Source: Asterias rubens (Eukaryota). From it: a stretch of 64,000 bases of DNA. Of this stretch, positions 62,130-64,000 are shown one piece after another (positions within the stretch are counted from its first letter, which is position 1; each line of letters opens with the position of its first letter). The stretch spans positions 13,516,001-13,580,000 of the forward strand of contig NC_047070.1 in the NCBI RefSeq assembly GCF_902459465.1. Direction: 5' to 3'. The notes beneath the pieces were generated by a model, which was given only the letters and a program-made list of their open reading frames with translations, ran no database searches and was not told the DNA's origin. Made by a program: the position numbers and the translations under genes.

Positions 62130-62417
62130 TTAAACGGTTGATAAAGACACAGCTGAAGCTGTTTAAGACTGGCTGGCTTCGCATGTTGGGCACGCAAGCT
62201 AATGTACGCCAATTTAAATTACCCGGAACGCAATTCATAGCTATTAGTAACAGCACGTAATATGTGTGTATAGCGCGTATACACACAGACTGACGCGCAC
62301 AAAACATTTTTCAAAAGTTTTTTAAAATTCGCAAACTTAAAAAAATTCGCAAAAGAAACAGTGTAACATTGTCTATAACGTGAGATTATTTTGCTTTTAA
62401 CAAGGGCATTTATGAAT

Positions 62418-62513
62418 GGGAATAAAAGAGTAGAGACTCGTTCTTAAACGGCCGTTTAAAACCTTGCAGGTTAAATGGCCGTTAAATAACTTGTCCCCTT
62501 CTCTTTTATTCCC
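62418..62513. repeat. ~95 bp fold-back (tiny MITE-like element)
   Basis: GGGAATAAAAGAG...CTCTTTTATTCCC arms enclosing two AAYGGCCGTT motifs. Confidence 0.6.
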
Positions 62514-64000
62514 TTAATAGTTAACTTGCTGGTACACCCAAGTGTAAAATTTCTTTTTGGGAGGAGTGTTGGCTCTGATTGAGCTGCTTTTGGTTTACCT
62601 GAAATAGTTTACTGCTCGTCTTCCGGAGAATACGTTTTAATCTTTTAATGGAATATCAATGTAAAAGTTGATGAAGTTAACCTACTTTGATGATACATTT
62701 GTAGACCAATAACTATACCAAATCATGTAAAACTAAACTGAAAAGTAAATCCTTGTAGAAGTGAGTTTTATGTTTTGGTGGGATTTCTGTTAACAGAACT
62801 GTTTAAAGGGGCACCAAGGCTAATAAAGCACATCTGCCATGATCTTGGTCAATGCTTATTTCTAAGCCTGTCTCTGACTATCCTAAATTTGTTTGTAAAT
62901 GTTTCGTCAAGAACATACATGACAGATGTGAAGACAAACTTTGGGTTGAAATCTTCAACACAAACAAAACGCAGGCGAGACCTGTAAAACTAAACTATTG
63001 ATGGCACCTGATTCAAAGGCCAATTGGTACTTGCAAGAAATATCTGTCGCCACCAGCAACTAATAATTCCAATAGAGTGTGAATTTGCACACAGATAATG
63101 AATAGTAAGTCAGTCAAGCAAGCTTGATGTTAAACCTAATGACAGTTTACAAGAATTACCTGTCGCCTCAAGCAGCACAATATTTGTACAACAGCAACAA
63201 ACAGTTTGTGGGGAAAGACCACAGCCCTGTGGTCTTGTTGCGGTTAGATTTCCATTTTTGAGTGGGAGATTGTTGAAGGTGACCACAGTGTATTTGATTT
63301 GATTATTTTGATTTCATATCCGCCTTTGTCTATCTGGTCTGTGCCTACTTGGTATAACTTGCTGCGAGGTGTGAAGGAAACTGATGACAGAGATGGTCTG
63401 ATTTGGGTCAACATGTTAATTCATCCTAATTGTCTAGTTTAAACAATGCAATACATGTTAATAATTGTCACACTTGCCATTGGATAAAAGTGCACAATTT
63501 AAAACAAATTTTCTAGGCTACTTGGCCCTTAATTATGCCCACTTAATGAATTTAATGAAATGGTGAAAGGAAATAATTTAATCAAAACAGGAAACAATGC
63601 AAGTTGCCATATGCTTGCATTACCACCTGATAAATATACACAGACACAAGGATTTGTTGTTGTAGTGAACTCTGCCAAGAGTTAATTTATTCCGTACTCT
63701 GAATTCAGTGGTAAAACGCCAATTAATAAAAAGGGATTTCCCTTTATTTAATTCCATCCAGTGATATCCACTCATAAAGAAGTATACCAATTCCAATTAT
63801 AAATACACTTTGCGGCCAATCCGCAAAGGTTCCCAATTCCTCACTTTGCGAACGGTAAATTTCCAATCCGCAAAGGTTCCCACTTCTCAGCGATTTGCCA
63901 AAGAAGGTACCAGACCATTTACAATTATTATAATTATAAATGCACTCATTGACTGGAGAAAACTCCGGGTCAATGAGGTTCCCACTTCCAGCGAGTTGCC

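Overview
AT-rich animal genomic DNA, probably from an invertebrate deuterostome such as an echinoderm (inferred from the repeat content). There are no prokaryotic features, rRNA genes, true tRNA genes or CRISPR arrays, and most ORF-track entries are spurious. One large + strand gene spans the window. I chained nine GT-AG coding exons by hand, with matching phases and an open frame throughout: 3607-4002, 30007-31528, 33545-33735, 38076-38981, 42795-43050, 45894-46132, 50479-50733, 53027-53521 and 59783-60508. They total 1662 codons with no stop yet, so the gene probably continues past the window. By motif recognition the product reads: N-terminal PTB/PID domain (split by a 26 kb intron), ankyrin repeats, ARM/HEAT-like helices, RasGEF_N (REM)-like domain, then FERM F2 leading into F3 with no recognisable F1. 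I cannot assign this architecture to a named gene, and it is the main finding. The introns hold about 17 TTAA-flanked Kolobok-type MITEs, a deleted Tc1 element, hAT- and Harbinger-like MITEs, several tRNA-derived SINE families, LINE 3' ends, a Penelope-like palindromic insertion with minimal hammerhead-like motifs, a dispersed circularly permuted ~256 bp monomer containing a tRNA-like unit, and recent tandem duplications. All domain and family calls come from reading the sequence, not from database searches.
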